From Halarcobacter sp. (GTDB lineage: Bacteria; Campylobacterota; Campylobacteria; Campylobacterales; Arcobacteraceae): DNA of 64,000 nucleotides. The notes under the pieces were generated by a model. The model was not told the origin of the DNA and did not search any database. It saw only the letters and a list, made by a program, of their open reading frames with translations. Position 1 is the stretch's first letter. The number at the start of each line of letters is the position of its first letter. The DNA lies in contig CP182352.1 of assembly GCA_048571215.1 (NCBI GenBank), forward strand, positions 992,001 through 1,056,000, read 5' to 3'. Below, piece after piece: positions 19,601-29,328 of this stretch. Position numbers and translations under genes: made by a program.

Positions 19601-20368
19601 TTATTTTGTTTTTATAGAATTCATTGCACTAATGAATTTAGTATAAATACACTCTAAATCATGATCTTGATTTGATAAATCAATTCCATCATGGTCTTTT
19701 ATGGCATGTTCAAGTAGTGCAACTCTTTTTAAAAGGTACTCAAACATCTCTTTATTTATATCTGGTAAATCACCATGATTTAGTCTTTCACTTTTATCTT
19801 CTCTTTTTATAACTTTTGCTGGAACTCCAACAGCTGTTGAATTCTTAGGTACATCACAGATTACTACAGAATTAGCACCAATTTTACCATTTTTACCAAT
19901 TGTGATATTTCCTAAAACCTTTGCACCACTTCCTATAACTGAGTTTGCTTTTATGGTTGGATGACGTTTACCTTTATTTAGACTAACTCCACCTAGGGTT
20001 ACCCCTTGATAGATTAGTACATCCTCCTCTATAATAGCAGTTTCTCCAATAACAACCCCAATACCATGGTCTATAAAAACTCTTCGTCCTATTGTTGCTG
20101 CTGGATGAATATCCATATTGCAAAAAAACTGTGTTAAACCCATTATAACTCTTGCAATTTTTTTAAATCCTCTATTATAAAGTCTATTTGCAAACCTATG
20201 ATTGATTATTGCCCAAACACCTGGGTAGTTAAAAAAAAGTTCTAGGGTTGAGTTTAGTGCTGGGTCATTTATTTTTGGAACAATAAAATCTTCTTTTATT
20301 TGTTTCCATAAACCCATATCTTTTGCTTCATTTAATATATCTTCTTTTAACTCTTCATTTGTTTTCAT
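19601..20368 (-). CDS. cysE: Serine O-acetyltransferase
   Basis: DIHPAATIG, FIDHGIGVVIGETA, KRHPT; ATG 20368 follows GGAG. Confidence 0.93.
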   Translation of the reverse strand: MKTNEELKEDILNEAKDMGLWKQIKEDFIVPKINDPALNSTLELFFNYPGVWAIINHRFANRLYNRGFKKIARVIMGLTQFFCNMDIHPAATIGRRVFIDHGIGVVIGETAIIEEDVLIYQGVTLGGVSLNKGKRHPTIKANSVIGSGAKVLGNITIGKNGKIGANSVVICDVPKNSTAVGVPAKVIKREDKSERLNHGDLPDINKEMFEYLLKRVALLEHAIKDHDGIDLSNQDHDLECIYTKFISAMNSIKTK

Positions 20369-20370
20369 TA

Positions 20371-22167
20371 TTAACTCCATGCTGTCTTCAAATAACTATT
20401 TTGATCTAAATAAGATTCTAACATCTTGTATGTTTTTTTATCAAGACTTTGCTTAAGTATTGATTTTATCTCTTTAGTATCATAATCAATATCTTCTAGA
20501 ATATCGATTATTTTTTGTGATTCTAAGACTTTTTCTAAATTTACTTCATTGTTCTCAAAAACTACATTAACCTCAGTAGGATGGGAAAATAGATTGTGTT
20601 TCATACCTAATATATCTTGATATGCCCCAACATGAAAAAATCCCAAAAAGTATTCCTCTTTTTTCAAATCAACATCATGTAGATATAGTGGTTTATTTTC
20701 ATCAAACTCCATCTCCCCATCACTATCACAAGTGATATCCCATATTGAAGCACTTCTTGTTGGCTTTTTATCAAGATGAGTGATTGGCATTACTGGAAAC
20801 TCTTGATTGATACCCCAAAAATCCGGTAATGATTGAAAAATTGAAAAGTTTACTAGATATTTTTCTTGAATTTTGTTATCTATTCTTTTTAACTCTTCAA
20901 AATCATCAACCTCTAAAAGCCAAATAGCTTTTTTAATAATAAGGTTTGTTAAAAGTTCAGCATTACTTCTATCTTCTAAATCAATATACCCTAAATCAAA
21001 TAGTTTAAGTAGTGATTCTAAGTGATCCATACTATCATGCATATACTCTAATGCTGTTTTACTATTTATATCATTGTATAGAGCTGTTAACTCCTCTATT
21101 AAAGGGGGATTCTTATCTTTAAGTCTTAAGTGTTCCTCTTCATATTCAGCTGAAAAGAGTTCTAATACAGGTGCTATTAATACTGTAGATGCAGCTGAGA
21201 TAAACCTTCCTGATTCTGTGAAAATATTTGGTTCATCAACACCCTTTTGACGAGCAATATTTTTTAGTGTAAATACAACATCACTTGCAAACTCTTGTAA
21301 ATCGTATTGGGCAGTTCGTTTAAATTGGGAATATTCAACAGCTAATCCACCACCAATATTTATTGCCTTAAGGTTAATTGCTCCTAAGTTTTTAAGTTCT
21401 GCATAAATATGACCCGATTCTTTTAGTGCATTCTTAAGTGGTTTAATTGTACTCATAGCAGAACCTATATGGAAGTGAATCATTGTTAAGATATGCTCTA
21501 ATTTATTCTCTTCAAGCATCTCATAGGCTTCAAGTATTTCTGTAGAACTTAGACCAAATTTAGAATCAATTCCACCTGATTTTGCCCAAGCTCCACTTCC
21601 ACTATTAAATAGTCTAACTCTAAGACCTATATTTGGGCTTGGTAAAGAGGTTTCTTTTTCAACTTCCAAGATTGTAATAAGCTCATTTAAACCCTCAATA
21701 ATAACAGTTATATTATGCCCCATTTGTTTTGCAATAAAAGCTAAATGAATCATCTCTTTATCTTTAAAACCATTTACAGTTATTGGTGCACCAATCTTGT
21801 TATATGTCATTGCTAAAAAAAGTTCAGCTTTACTACCAGCTTCTAATCCATAGTTATACTTTTCTGCTGATTTAATTAATGGGTGCAAAAAGTTAGGTAG
21901 CTGATTTACTTTTAGTGGGAAAACTGCATTAAAAGTTCCTTTATAGTCATACTCTTTAAAGGCATTGTTGTATATACTAAAAAGTTTATCAATTTGCTTT
22001 TGTGTTATATGGGGAAATCTAAATAGAAGTGGTCCCTTATAATCTTTCCCTCTAATCTCTTTTACTAGTTCAATTAATGAAGGCTTTGAGGCATAATTTA
22101 TTTTAACAACACCATCTTCTATAATAAAATTATCATCTGCCCAAATATCAATTCCATAATCTTCCAC
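20371..22167 (-). CDS. speA: Biosynthetic arginine decarboxylase
   Basis: FPLKVNQ (PLP Lys), GLEAGSKAEL, HFHIGS, TESGR, DITCDSDG. Confidence 0.95.
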   Translation of the reverse strand: MEDYGIDIWADDNFIIEDGVVKINYASKPSLIELVKEIRGKDYKGPLLFRFPHITQKQIDKLFSIYNNAFKEYDYKGTFNAVFPLKVNQLPNFLHPLIKSAEKYNYGLEAGSKAELFLAMTYNKIGAPITVNGFKDKEMIHLAFIAKQMGHNITVIIEGLNELITILEVEKETSLPSPNIGLRVRLFNSGSGAWAKSGGIDSKFGLSSTEILEAYEMLEENKLEHILTMIHFHIGSAMSTIKPLKNALKESGHIYAELKNLGAINLKAINIGGGLAVEYSQFKRTAQYDLQEFASDVVFTLKNIARQKGVDEPNIFTESGRFISAASTVLIAPVLELFSAEYEEEHLRLKDKNPPLIEELTALYNDINSKTALEYMHDSMDHLESLLKLFDLGYIDLEDRSNAELLTNLIIKKAIWLLEVDDFEELKRIDNKIQEKYLVNFSIFQSLPDFWGINQEFPVMPITHLDKKPTRSASIWDITCDSDGEMEFDENKPLYLHDVDLKKEEYFLGFFHVGAYQDILGMKHNLFSHPTEVNVVFENNEVNLEKVLESQKIIDILEDIDYDTKEIKSILKQSLDKKTYKMLESYLDQNSYLKTAWS

Positions 22168-22169
22168 TA

Positions 22170-23393
22170 TTAAAAATCCTCTAATTTAATTGTATTCTCT
22201 TCTTGAGTTTCAATATTTTTAACGTAAACTGTTCCAGTATTCAATTCATTTTCACCAATTAAGGCAACAATTGTTGCCCCTTGTTTCTCTGCTATTTTAA
22301 AATGTTTACCAAATCCTCTTGGAGTATATTCAATAATTGTTTTTGTTGTTTTTCTTTTTTCATTTGCAATTTTTGTTAAAAGATTTAATGCCTCTTCACT
22401 CATTGCACCTAAATAGATAATATCCTCTTTTGAGTTTTTCATTTTAACAAGTTCAAGTAAACGTTCGATTCCAATGGCAAAACCAATGGCAGGAGTTTCT
22501 CTTCCACCTAAAAATTCAACCAATCTATCATATCTTCCTCCACCTGCAATTGCACTTTGTGCTCCAATCTCAGCAGAGCTAAATTCAAAAGCAGTTTGTG
22601 AATAATAATCAAGTCCTCTAACAAGGTTTGAGTCAATCTCATATTCTATTTTGTTATAGTCTAATATCCCTTTTAGCTTTACAAAATCATCATCACATTT
22701 TTGACATAAATTATCTGTAATTCTTGGAGCATTGTATAAGAGTTGTTGACATTTTTCTATTTTACAGTCAAGCACTCTTATGGGGTTTGTCTCAATTCTT
22801 CTGTTGCAATCACTACAAAGCTCATCTTTGAAGTTTGTTAAATGCTTAACTAGCTTATCTCTATACACTGGCATACACTCTTTACACCCTAAAGAATTAA
22901 GCTGCAATTTGAATTTTATTTCAAAGAAATCTAAGATATCTTTTATCATCATTATGATGTTTGCATCTTCATAAACAGAGCTTACTCCAAACACTTCACA
23001 ACCAAATTGGTGGAACTGTCTTAGTCTTCCTTTTTGAGGTCTTTCATATCTAAACATTGGTCCATAATAGTACCATCTATATGTTCCCCCAGCTCTGTCA
23101 AATTTATTTTGTATAAAGCCTCTAACAACTCCCGCAGTTCCCTCAGGTCTTAAACAAACATCATTTTCACCTTTGTCAATAAACTGATACATCTCTTTAT
23201 TTACTATATCAGAACTCTCTCCCACACTTCTTTTAAATAGTGCAGTTTCCTCTAAAATAGGTGTTTCCAAATACTCAAATCCATAGTTTTTTGCGATTCT
23301 TGAAGCATTATCAACAAAGTAGGTAAATAGTTTACTATCATTCCCTAGGATGTCGTTCATACCTCTTAAACTTTGGATATTTTTATTACTCAT
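22170..23393 (-). CDS. hisS: Histidyl-tRNA synthetase
   Basis: LRPEGTA, FRYERPQKGRLRQFHQ, VRGLDYY, GGGRYD. Confidence 0.98.
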   Translation of the reverse strand: MSNKNIQSLRGMNDILGNDSKLFTYFVDNASRIAKNYGFEYLETPILEETALFKRSVGESSDIVNKEMYQFIDKGENDVCLRPEGTAGVVRGFIQNKFDRAGGTYRWYYYGPMFRYERPQKGRLRQFHQFGCEVFGVSSVYEDANIIMMIKDILDFFEIKFKLQLNSLGCKECMPVYRDKLVKHLTNFKDELCSDCNRRIETNPIRVLDCKIEKCQQLLYNAPRITDNLCQKCDDDFVKLKGILDYNKIEYEIDSNLVRGLDYYSQTAFEFSSAEIGAQSAIAGGGRYDRLVEFLGGRETPAIGFAIGIERLLELVKMKNSKEDIIYLGAMSEEALNLLTKIANEKRKTTKTIIEYTPRGFGKHFKIAEKQGATIVALIGENELNTGTVYVKNIETQEENTIKLEDF

Positions 23394-23952
23394 TTATAAA
23401 TTCCTCAATTTTTTTTGCAATTTGCTTTATATCTAAACTTGCATCTATAAAAAGATGATTAATTTTTAACATCTCTACCGTTTTTTTCATTCTGTCTTGA
23501 ATATCTAAAAGATACTCTATACCTCTTGATTCGATTGAATCATGCTTTTTCTCACCTAATCTTCTAATAAGTTCTTCTTTACTAAGCTCTAATAGTATTA
23601 CATGGCTTGGTAAAATGTTTTGTGTAGCAATCAAATTTAATGATACTACAATCTCTAATGGTAGATTAGATGCATATGCTATACCACTTATGACACTTCT
23701 ATCACTAATTACAAGTTTTGATTCATTTGGTTTTATAATCTCTTCCATATGTTCAGCACGATCTGCCAAAAATAAGAACATCTCAGCAACTTTACTTTTT
23801 GCTTCACCATTTAAAGCCATTTGTCGTAGTTTAAGACCAATTTTAGTACCACCAGGCTCTTTTGTAAATATAGCTTCTTTATATTTTTCTTTTAAAATAT
23901 CAAGTTGGGTTGACTTGCCAGCTGTATCAATCCCCTCTACTACTACATACAT
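23386..23952 (-). CDS. tmk: Thymidylate kinase
   Basis: EGIDTAGKSTQ, TKEPGGT, ISDRS. Confidence 0.95.
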   Translation of the reverse strand: MYVVVEGIDTAGKSTQLDILKEKYKEAIFTKEPGGTKIGLKLRQMALNGEAKSKVAEMFLFLADRAEHMEEIIKPNESKLVISDRSVISGIAYASNLPLEIVVSLNLIATQNILPSHVILLELSKEELIRRLGEKKHDSIESRGIEYLLDIQDRMKKTVEMLKINHLFIDASLDIKQIAKKIEEFINE

Positions 23953-24413
23953 TCTAATACCTCTTTAGGAACAAGATGTTGAAACTTACCCTCAAATCTA
24001 ATAATCTCTCTTACTATGGTAGAGCTTACAAAGGCATTTTCTAATGTGGGCATCAAATAAAGTGTTTCTAAATTTTTATTTATTGATGAATTTGCATAAC
24101 CCATTTGAAGTTCATACTCAAAATCAGAAACAGCCCGAAGACCTCTAATTATGGTATTTATTTTAAGGTCTTTAGCTAAATCAACTAATAAAGTATCAAA
24201 GCCAATCACTTTAACACCCTTTATATCTTTTGTAGCTACTTGTACAAACTCCACCCTTTGCTCATGGTTAAACATTGGGCTTTTTAATTCACTTTGTGCT
24301 ACTGCAATTACTACTTCATCAAATATATTAGCAGCTCTTCTAATAATATCCATATGACCATTTGTTATAGGATCAAAAGTACCACTATATATTGCTTTTT
24401 TATATGATTCCAA
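23943..24413 (-). CDS. coaD: Phosphopantetheine adenylyltransferase
   Basis: YSGTFDPITNGH, IRGLRAVSDFEYE, VSSTIVRE; TTG start. Confidence 0.96.
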   Translation of the reverse strand: MESYKKAIYSGTFDPITNGHMDIIRRAANIFDEVVIAVAQSELKSPMFNHEQRVEFVQVATKDIKGVKVIGFDTLLVDLAKDLKINTIIRGLRAVSDFEYELQMGYANSSINKNLETLYLMPTLENAFVSSTIVREIIRFEGKFQHLVPKEVLECM

Positions 24414-24438
24414 GTTCTCATCCTCTCTTTAATATTCT

Positions 24439-24993
24439 TTATTTCCATCTTTCGTATAGATTATGTTCTATTTTTAACAAGTCAAGATATTTGCCTATTA
24501 AATACTCTTCCATATCTTCTAAGGTAGATTGATTTGAATAATAAGCTAGTATTGGTGGAGCAATTGTTATGCCTAAGTTTGATAGCTTTAGCATATTTTC
24601 TAAAGCTATTGATGATAAAGGCATCTCTCTAGTAGCTAAAACAACATCCCTTTTCTCTTTTAACATAACTGTAAAGGCTCTTGTAATTAAGGAGTCTGAT
24701 ATACCTACTGCACATTTAGCCAAAGTGTTCATAGAACAAGGAAGTATTATCATTTTATCAGTTTTAAAAGAACCAGAAGATATTGGTGCTTCTATTTGAG
24801 ATTCTTTAAATAGGTGAGTATTTTCCCTTTTCTTTAAAATAGCTTTAAAGTCTAAATTCTCTTCAAGTTTTAAAGATTTTATTGCACTCTTAGAAACAAC
24901 GGCAAACACCTCTATTTCTTTTGGCAATTTCTGTATAAGTTTTAGACCTAGTCTAGTTCCACTAGCTCCCGTAATAGCAACAATTAATTTCAA
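24439..24993 (-). CDS. ubiX: UbiX-family flavin prenyltransferase
   Basis: AITGASG, ISSGSF, PCSMNTLA, REMPL. Confidence 0.92.
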   Translation of the reverse strand: MKLIVAITGASGTRLGLKLIQKLPKEIEVFAVVSKSAIKSLKLEENLDFKAILKKRENTHLFKESQIEAPISSGSFKTDKMIILPCSMNTLAKCAVGISDSLITRAFTVMLKEKRDVVLATREMPLSSIALENMLKLSNLGITIAPPILAYYSNQSTLEDMEEYLIGKYLDLLKIEHNLYERWK

Positions 24994-25216
24994 TTTAAAA
25001 CCTTTGTAACTCTTATTAAGAAATAGATATTACCTAAAAAAATCTTTATTTTCAAAAGTATTCAAAAAAAAAGTAAAAATATTATGAAATAAAACTGTTT
25101 TTTAATCTAATATTAAGATAAAAGAAACTATCATTTTGTATAAGTTTTAAATAAAATAATTAAACAAATTGTTTTATTTATATTTTAAAATAATATTAAT
25201 TGTAGAAGGATTAAAG

Positions 25217-25858
25217 ATGTCTAAAATTTTCACTTTCGTAAGAGTAAACAGTAATAATGATGAGTATACAAATGAACAAAAAAACAAATTGGATTCTTAT
25301 ATTTCAAAAAACAATTTTTCAATTTATCAAGCAATTGAGATTGAAATAAATACACCTAATGAAGAGGAAAAAATTTTAGATTTACTTAAAAAATGTGAAT
25401 CACAATCAACTTTGATTATCTATGATTTAAATGTATTTGGTAGAACAATTGAAACTATTTTAGAGATAATAAAATTTTTACTTTCAAATAAAATTAGAAT
25501 TTTAGTGATAAAACAAAATCTTGATTTGATTAGTGATAAAGATATGTTAACTCAGATGATTCTTGGAATGATATCTATGACTTTATCTTTAGAAAAAGAT
25601 TTAATGAGTCTTAGAACAAAAGAGGCCTTAACTGCAAAAAAACTGAAAGGTGAAAGTTTAGGTAAACCAAAAGGTACCATTCAAAAATCTAAGTTTGATA
25701 AGCAAAGAGATAAAATTGAAGAGTTATTATCTGTAGGATTATCTGTTAGAAAGATTTCAAAACTTTTAGGTTATAACAATCATATTGGTCTAAATAATTA
25801 TGTAAAAAAGAGAAATATTAGAAACACTTTGCCAAATACTCTAGACATAGCTAGTTAA
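25217..25858 (+). CDS. Serine recombinase (resolvase)-like protein with degenerate active site and C-terminal HTH
   Basis: Resolvase layout (FVRVNS, LNVFGR, E-helix LEKDLMSLRTKEAL, LGKPKG, HTH GLSVRKISKLLG); ATG 25217 follows AAGGA. Confidence 0.8.
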   Translation: MSKIFTFVRVNSNNDEYTNEQKNKLDSYISKNNFSIYQAIEIEINTPNEEEKILDLLKKCESQSTLIIYDLNVFGRTIETILEIIKFLLSNKIRILVIKQNLDLISDKDMLTQMILGMISMTLSLEKDLMSLRTKEALTAKKLKGESLGKPKGTIQKSKFDKQRDKIEELLSVGLSVRKISKLLGYNNHIGLNNYVKKRNIRNTLPNTLDIAS

Positions 25859-25859
25859 C

Positions 25860-26501
25860 ATGTTTGCTATATACAATAACAGTGGCTTAAACTTTAGAAG
25901 TACCATAGACAACCTATATAATCTTCCAAATTTAGATGCTATTGCTAGAGTAAGAAACAATGTGGAGGAGGGTCTTCCTAAAGACCACACCTTAAAAAAT
26001 AAAAAAAAGCTTTATGATAGTAAGGATAATAAAAAAGCAGAAGCAATTTATAAAAAAATTGCAAATATTGATACAAAAGCTCCAATTTATAATGTCTCTG
26101 AAATTATGACAAATGATGTTATAAGTCTAAATGAGAGTAATACTTTACAAGAAGCTTATAATCTAATGGAAGAACATGATATAAATCAAATCCCTGTATT
26201 AAATAATGAAAACACTCATATTATGGGAATGATTACTTATAAAATGATATTAGATATTTTGATTAATGATATTGAGTTTGTAGAGTTTAATCTAAATAAA
26301 ACTTTAGATAATTTAGACTTTACTGATGTACTTACAACTGATCCAATAACTGATATTAGAAGAGTGGCTAAGGTTATGGTTGATTTTAAATTGGGTGCAA
26401 TACCTATAGTTGACCAAGATGACAAGCTACAAGGAATAGTATCAAGATCTGATATATTGGACGCAGTATCAAATAAACCACCTATGCAAATCTATGGATA
26501 A
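25860..26501 (+). CDS. Tandem CBS-domain protein with N-terminal extension
   Basis: VSEIMT...IPVL..GMIT and AIPIVD...GIVSRSDIL CBS pair. Confidence 0.88.
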   Translation: MFAIYNNSGLNFRSTIDNLYNLPNLDAIARVRNNVEEGLPKDHTLKNKKKLYDSKDNKKAEAIYKKIANIDTKAPIYNVSEIMTNDVISLNESNTLQEAYNLMEEHDINQIPVLNNENTHIMGMITYKMILDILINDIEFVEFNLNKTLDNLDFTDVLTTDPITDIRRVAKVMVDFKLGAIPIVDQDDKLQGIVSRSDILDAVSNKPPMQIYG

Positions 26502-26640
26502 AATTTAATATTTTATACATTCCAATTTAAATTATAAAAGCAATTTACTCAAATAAATCATCTTAATACTCACTTCAAACTAATTATAGTAAAATATCCA
26601 AATTTAAAAAATTTAGACTAATTATTGGAATGGAGATTAT

Positions 26641-27087
26641 ATGAAAGTATTATTATTAAAAGATGTAAAAGGTACTGGTAAAGCAGGTGAAGTAAAAGAT
26701 GTTAAAGATGGATATGGAAAAAACTTTTTAATCTCAAAAGGTTTTGCACTTCACGCAACGGATGAAGTAATTGCTAATTATGAAGAGGAACAAAAACTTA
26801 TTGCACAAAAAGAAGCAGAAGAGATGGCAGAGGCTAAAGAATTAGCTGAAAAAATTGAGTCAACAAAATTAACTATAAAACACCAATTAGGAGCAAATGG
26901 ACATTTAATTGGTTCTGTTACAAATAAAGAGATTAGTGAGGCTTTAAAAGAGCAGTTTGATATAGAAATAGATAAAAAATCAATCTCACTAAAAGAGAAA
27001 ATAAAAGCTGTTGGTATTTTTGAGGTTGATTGTAAATTAGGTCATGCAGTACATGCAAACCTAAAAGTCGATATTATTGGAGCATAA
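26641..27087 (+). CDS. rplI: 50S ribosomal protein L9
   Basis: [38 protein letters not shown]. Confidence 0.97.
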   Translation: MKVLLLKDVKGTGKAGEVKDVKDGYGKNFLISKGFALHATDEVIANYEEEQKLIAQKEAEEMAEAKELAEKIESTKLTIKHQLGANGHLIGSVTNKEISEALKEQFDIEIDKKSISLKEKIKAVGIFEVDCKLGHAVHANLKVDIIGA

Positions 27088-27090
27088 TTA

Positions 27091-27627
27091 ATGTTTGAAG
27101 CAACAACAATACTTGCATACAAAGGTCAAGGGGAAGCTGTAATAGGTGGAGATGGTCAAGTAACCTTTGGAAATACAGTTTTAAAAGGTAATGCAACAAA
27201 GATTAGAACACTTTATAAAGGTGAAGTTTTAGCAGGATTTGCAGGAAGTACAGCTGATGCTTTTAATCTATTTGATATGTTTGAAACCCATTTGGAAACT
27301 ACAAAAGGTGATTTACTTAAAGCAGTTATTGCATTTTCAAAAGAGTGGAGAAAAGATAAGGTTTTAAGAAGACTTGAGGCTATGATGATAGTTTTAAACA
27401 AGGAACATATTTTTATCTTAAGTGGTACAGGTGATGTGGTTGAACCAGAAGATGGAATGATAGCTTCAATTGGAAGTGGTGGAAACTATGCTATTTCAGC
27501 AGCTCGTGCACTAGCTAAACACTCAAAGCTAAAACCAGTTGATTTAGTAAAAGAATCTTTGATGATAGCAGGTGAACTTTGTATATATACAAATCAAAAT
27601 ATTAAAATTTTAGAATTAGAGGATTAA
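27091..27627 (+). CDS. hslV: ATP-dependent protease subunit HslV
   Basis: TTI N-terminal nucleophile after [26 protein letters not shown]. Confidence 0.97.
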   Translation: MFEATTILAYKGQGEAVIGGDGQVTFGNTVLKGNATKIRTLYKGEVLAGFAGSTADAFNLFDMFETHLETTKGDLLKAVIAFSKEWRKDKVLRRLEAMMIVLNKEHIFILSGTGDVVEPEDGMIASIGSGGNYAISAARALAKHSKLKPVDLVKESLMIAGELCIYTNQNIKILELED

Positions 27628-27633
27628 TCAAGT

Positions 27634-28962
27634 ATGGATATGACACCAAAACAGATTGTAGAATACTTAGATGATTATATCATAGGTCAAAACAATGCAA
27701 AAAAAACAATTGCCTTAGCACTTAGAAATAGATATAGAAGAATGAGAGTTGAACCAGAACTTCAAGAAGAGATTATGCCTAAAAATATTCTTATGATTGG
27801 AAGTACAGGGGTAGGTAAAACTGAAATTGCTAGAAGATTAGCAAAAATGATGGGATTGCCATTTATAAAAGTTGAAGCATCAAAATATACAGAAGTTGGT
27901 TTTGTAGGACGAGATGTTGAATCTATGATTAGAGATTTGGTTTATGAATCAATCAACTTAGTTACCCATGAGTTTGAAGATGCAATTAAAGATAAAATTG
28001 ATCAAGAAGTAAATAGATTAATAATTGAAAAATTAGTACCTCCTCTTCCTGAAACTGCAAGTGAAAGTGCAAAAGATTCTTTTATCAAAACTTATAACAA
28101 AATGGAAGAGAAATTATTATCAGGTGAGATTGATGATAGAAAAATAGAGATTGAAGTTCCTAAAAAAACCCATGTAGAGATTATTGATAGCTCTTTCCCT
28201 ATGGATATGAGTTCTATGCAAGAAAGCCTTAATAAAATGCTAGGTGGGATGAACAAAGAGAAGATAAAAAAAGAAGTTAAGATAAAAGATGCCAAAGTTT
28301 TACTAAAAGAGAGTGCTAGTGATAAATTGCTCGATAGGGAAGCTATTAAGATTGAAGCTATTAAAAGAGCAGAAAATGGTGGTATTATCTTTTTAGATGA
28401 GATTGATAAAATAGCAACAAGCTCTAAAGCTCAAAATCAAGATCCAAGTAAAGAGGGTGTTCAAAGAGATTTACTTCCTATAGTTGAAGGAAGTTCAGTT
28501 CATACAAAATTTGGACAAGTAAAAACTGATCATATTTTATTTATTGCAGCTGGAGCTTTTCATGTTAGTAAACCTAGTGATTTACTTCCTGAACTTCAAG
28601 GAAGATTTCCATTAAGAGTTGAATTGGAAAATCTAAATGAAGAAGCTTTATATAAGATATTAACAAATACAAAAAATTCACTTCTAAGACAATATAAAGC
28701 ATTATTAAAAGTTGAAGATGTAGAATTAGAATTTGATGACGAATCAATAAAAGCTTTTGCAAAATACGCAGAAAGTGCAAACCAGAAGACTGAAGATATA
28801 GGTGCAAGAAGACTTCATACTGTTATTGAAAAAGTTATAGAAGATATATCTTTTGAAGCTGATGAGAAACAGGGTGAAAAAATTATTATTACAAAAGAAC
28901 TTGTTGAATCGAAGCTTGATGATATAATTGAAGATGAAGATACTGCAAGATATATCTTGTAG
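27634..28962 (+). CDS. hslU: ATP-dependent protease ATPase HslU
   Basis: PKNILMIGSTGVGKTEIARR, FLDEIDK, GVQRDLLP, C-terminal RYIL. Confidence 0.97.
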   Translation: MDMTPKQIVEYLDDYIIGQNNAKKTIALALRNRYRRMRVEPELQEEIMPKNILMIGSTGVGKTEIARRLAKMMGLPFIKVEASKYTEVGFVGRDVESMIRDLVYESINLVTHEFEDAIKDKIDQEVNRLIIEKLVPPLPETASESAKDSFIKTYNKMEEKLLSGEIDDRKIEIEVPKKTHVEIIDSSFPMDMSSMQESLNKMLGGMNKEKIKKEVKIKDAKVLLKESASDKLLDREAIKIEAIKRAENGGIIFLDEIDKIATSSKAQNQDPSKEGVQRDLLPIVEGSSVHTKFGQVKTDHILFIAAGAFHVSKPSDLLPELQGRFPLRVELENLNEEALYKILTNTKNSLLRQYKALLKVEDVELEFDDESIKAFAKYAESANQKTEDIGARRLHTVIEKVIEDISFEADEKQGEKIIITKELVESKLDDIIEDEDTARYIL

Positions 28963-28987
28963 TAATTTAATTATTTTTTAGATAAAA

Positions 28988-29003
28988 TTAGGAAGTTTCC
29001 TAA
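28988..29003. promoter_or_regulatory. Candidate operator palindrome
   Basis: TTAGGAA-GT-TTCCTAA perfect 7-bp inverted repeat just downstream of a TAAAAT -10-like hexamer (28983-28988). Confidence 0.4.
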
Positions 29004-29022
29004 AAATACAATGGAGTAATTT

Positions 29023-29328
29023 ATGAAAATAGTAACCTTTAATGATTTAGATGAATCTTTAATAGAGAGTAAACATACAGTTGAACACTTTCAAAGTGGT
29101 TCTAGTGGTGAAGCACAAATAGCAATCTTAGATATTAACACTATCTTTGATTTTGAAGAGAACAAACATGAAACTTGTGCAGATAAGTTTATCTCTATTG
29201 CGATAATAGAAGATGATAGTGATTATGACGCATTTAAAAACTTTGGTGTTGATGCATGGATAAAACATGAAGATCTTGCGGATATTAATGGATTACTTAA
29301 TTTAATAGAAAAAAGGTATTTTTCATAA
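29023..29328 (+). CDS. Hypothetical protein (possibly a degenerate receiver fold)
   Basis: GGAG RBS; 101 aa with IAILDI and FGVDAWIK segments reminiscent of a receiver. Confidence 0.7.
   Translation: MKIVTFNDLDESLIESKHTVEHFQSGSSGEAQIAILDINTIFDFEENKHETCADKFISIAIIEDDSDYDAFKNFGVDAWIKHEDLADINGLLNLIEKRYFS

Noticed and set aside
25169..25858. Resolvase as a marker of a transposon or invertible element
   Set aside because: No transposase, terminal repeats or cargo seen; catalytic motifs are degenerate; flanks are housekeeping genes.
29309..29315. AAAAAAG as a programmed -1 frameshift heptamer into tatD
   Set aside because: In the upstream ORF it reads GAA AAA AGG, not A AAA AAG; an RBS plus ATA start is simpler.
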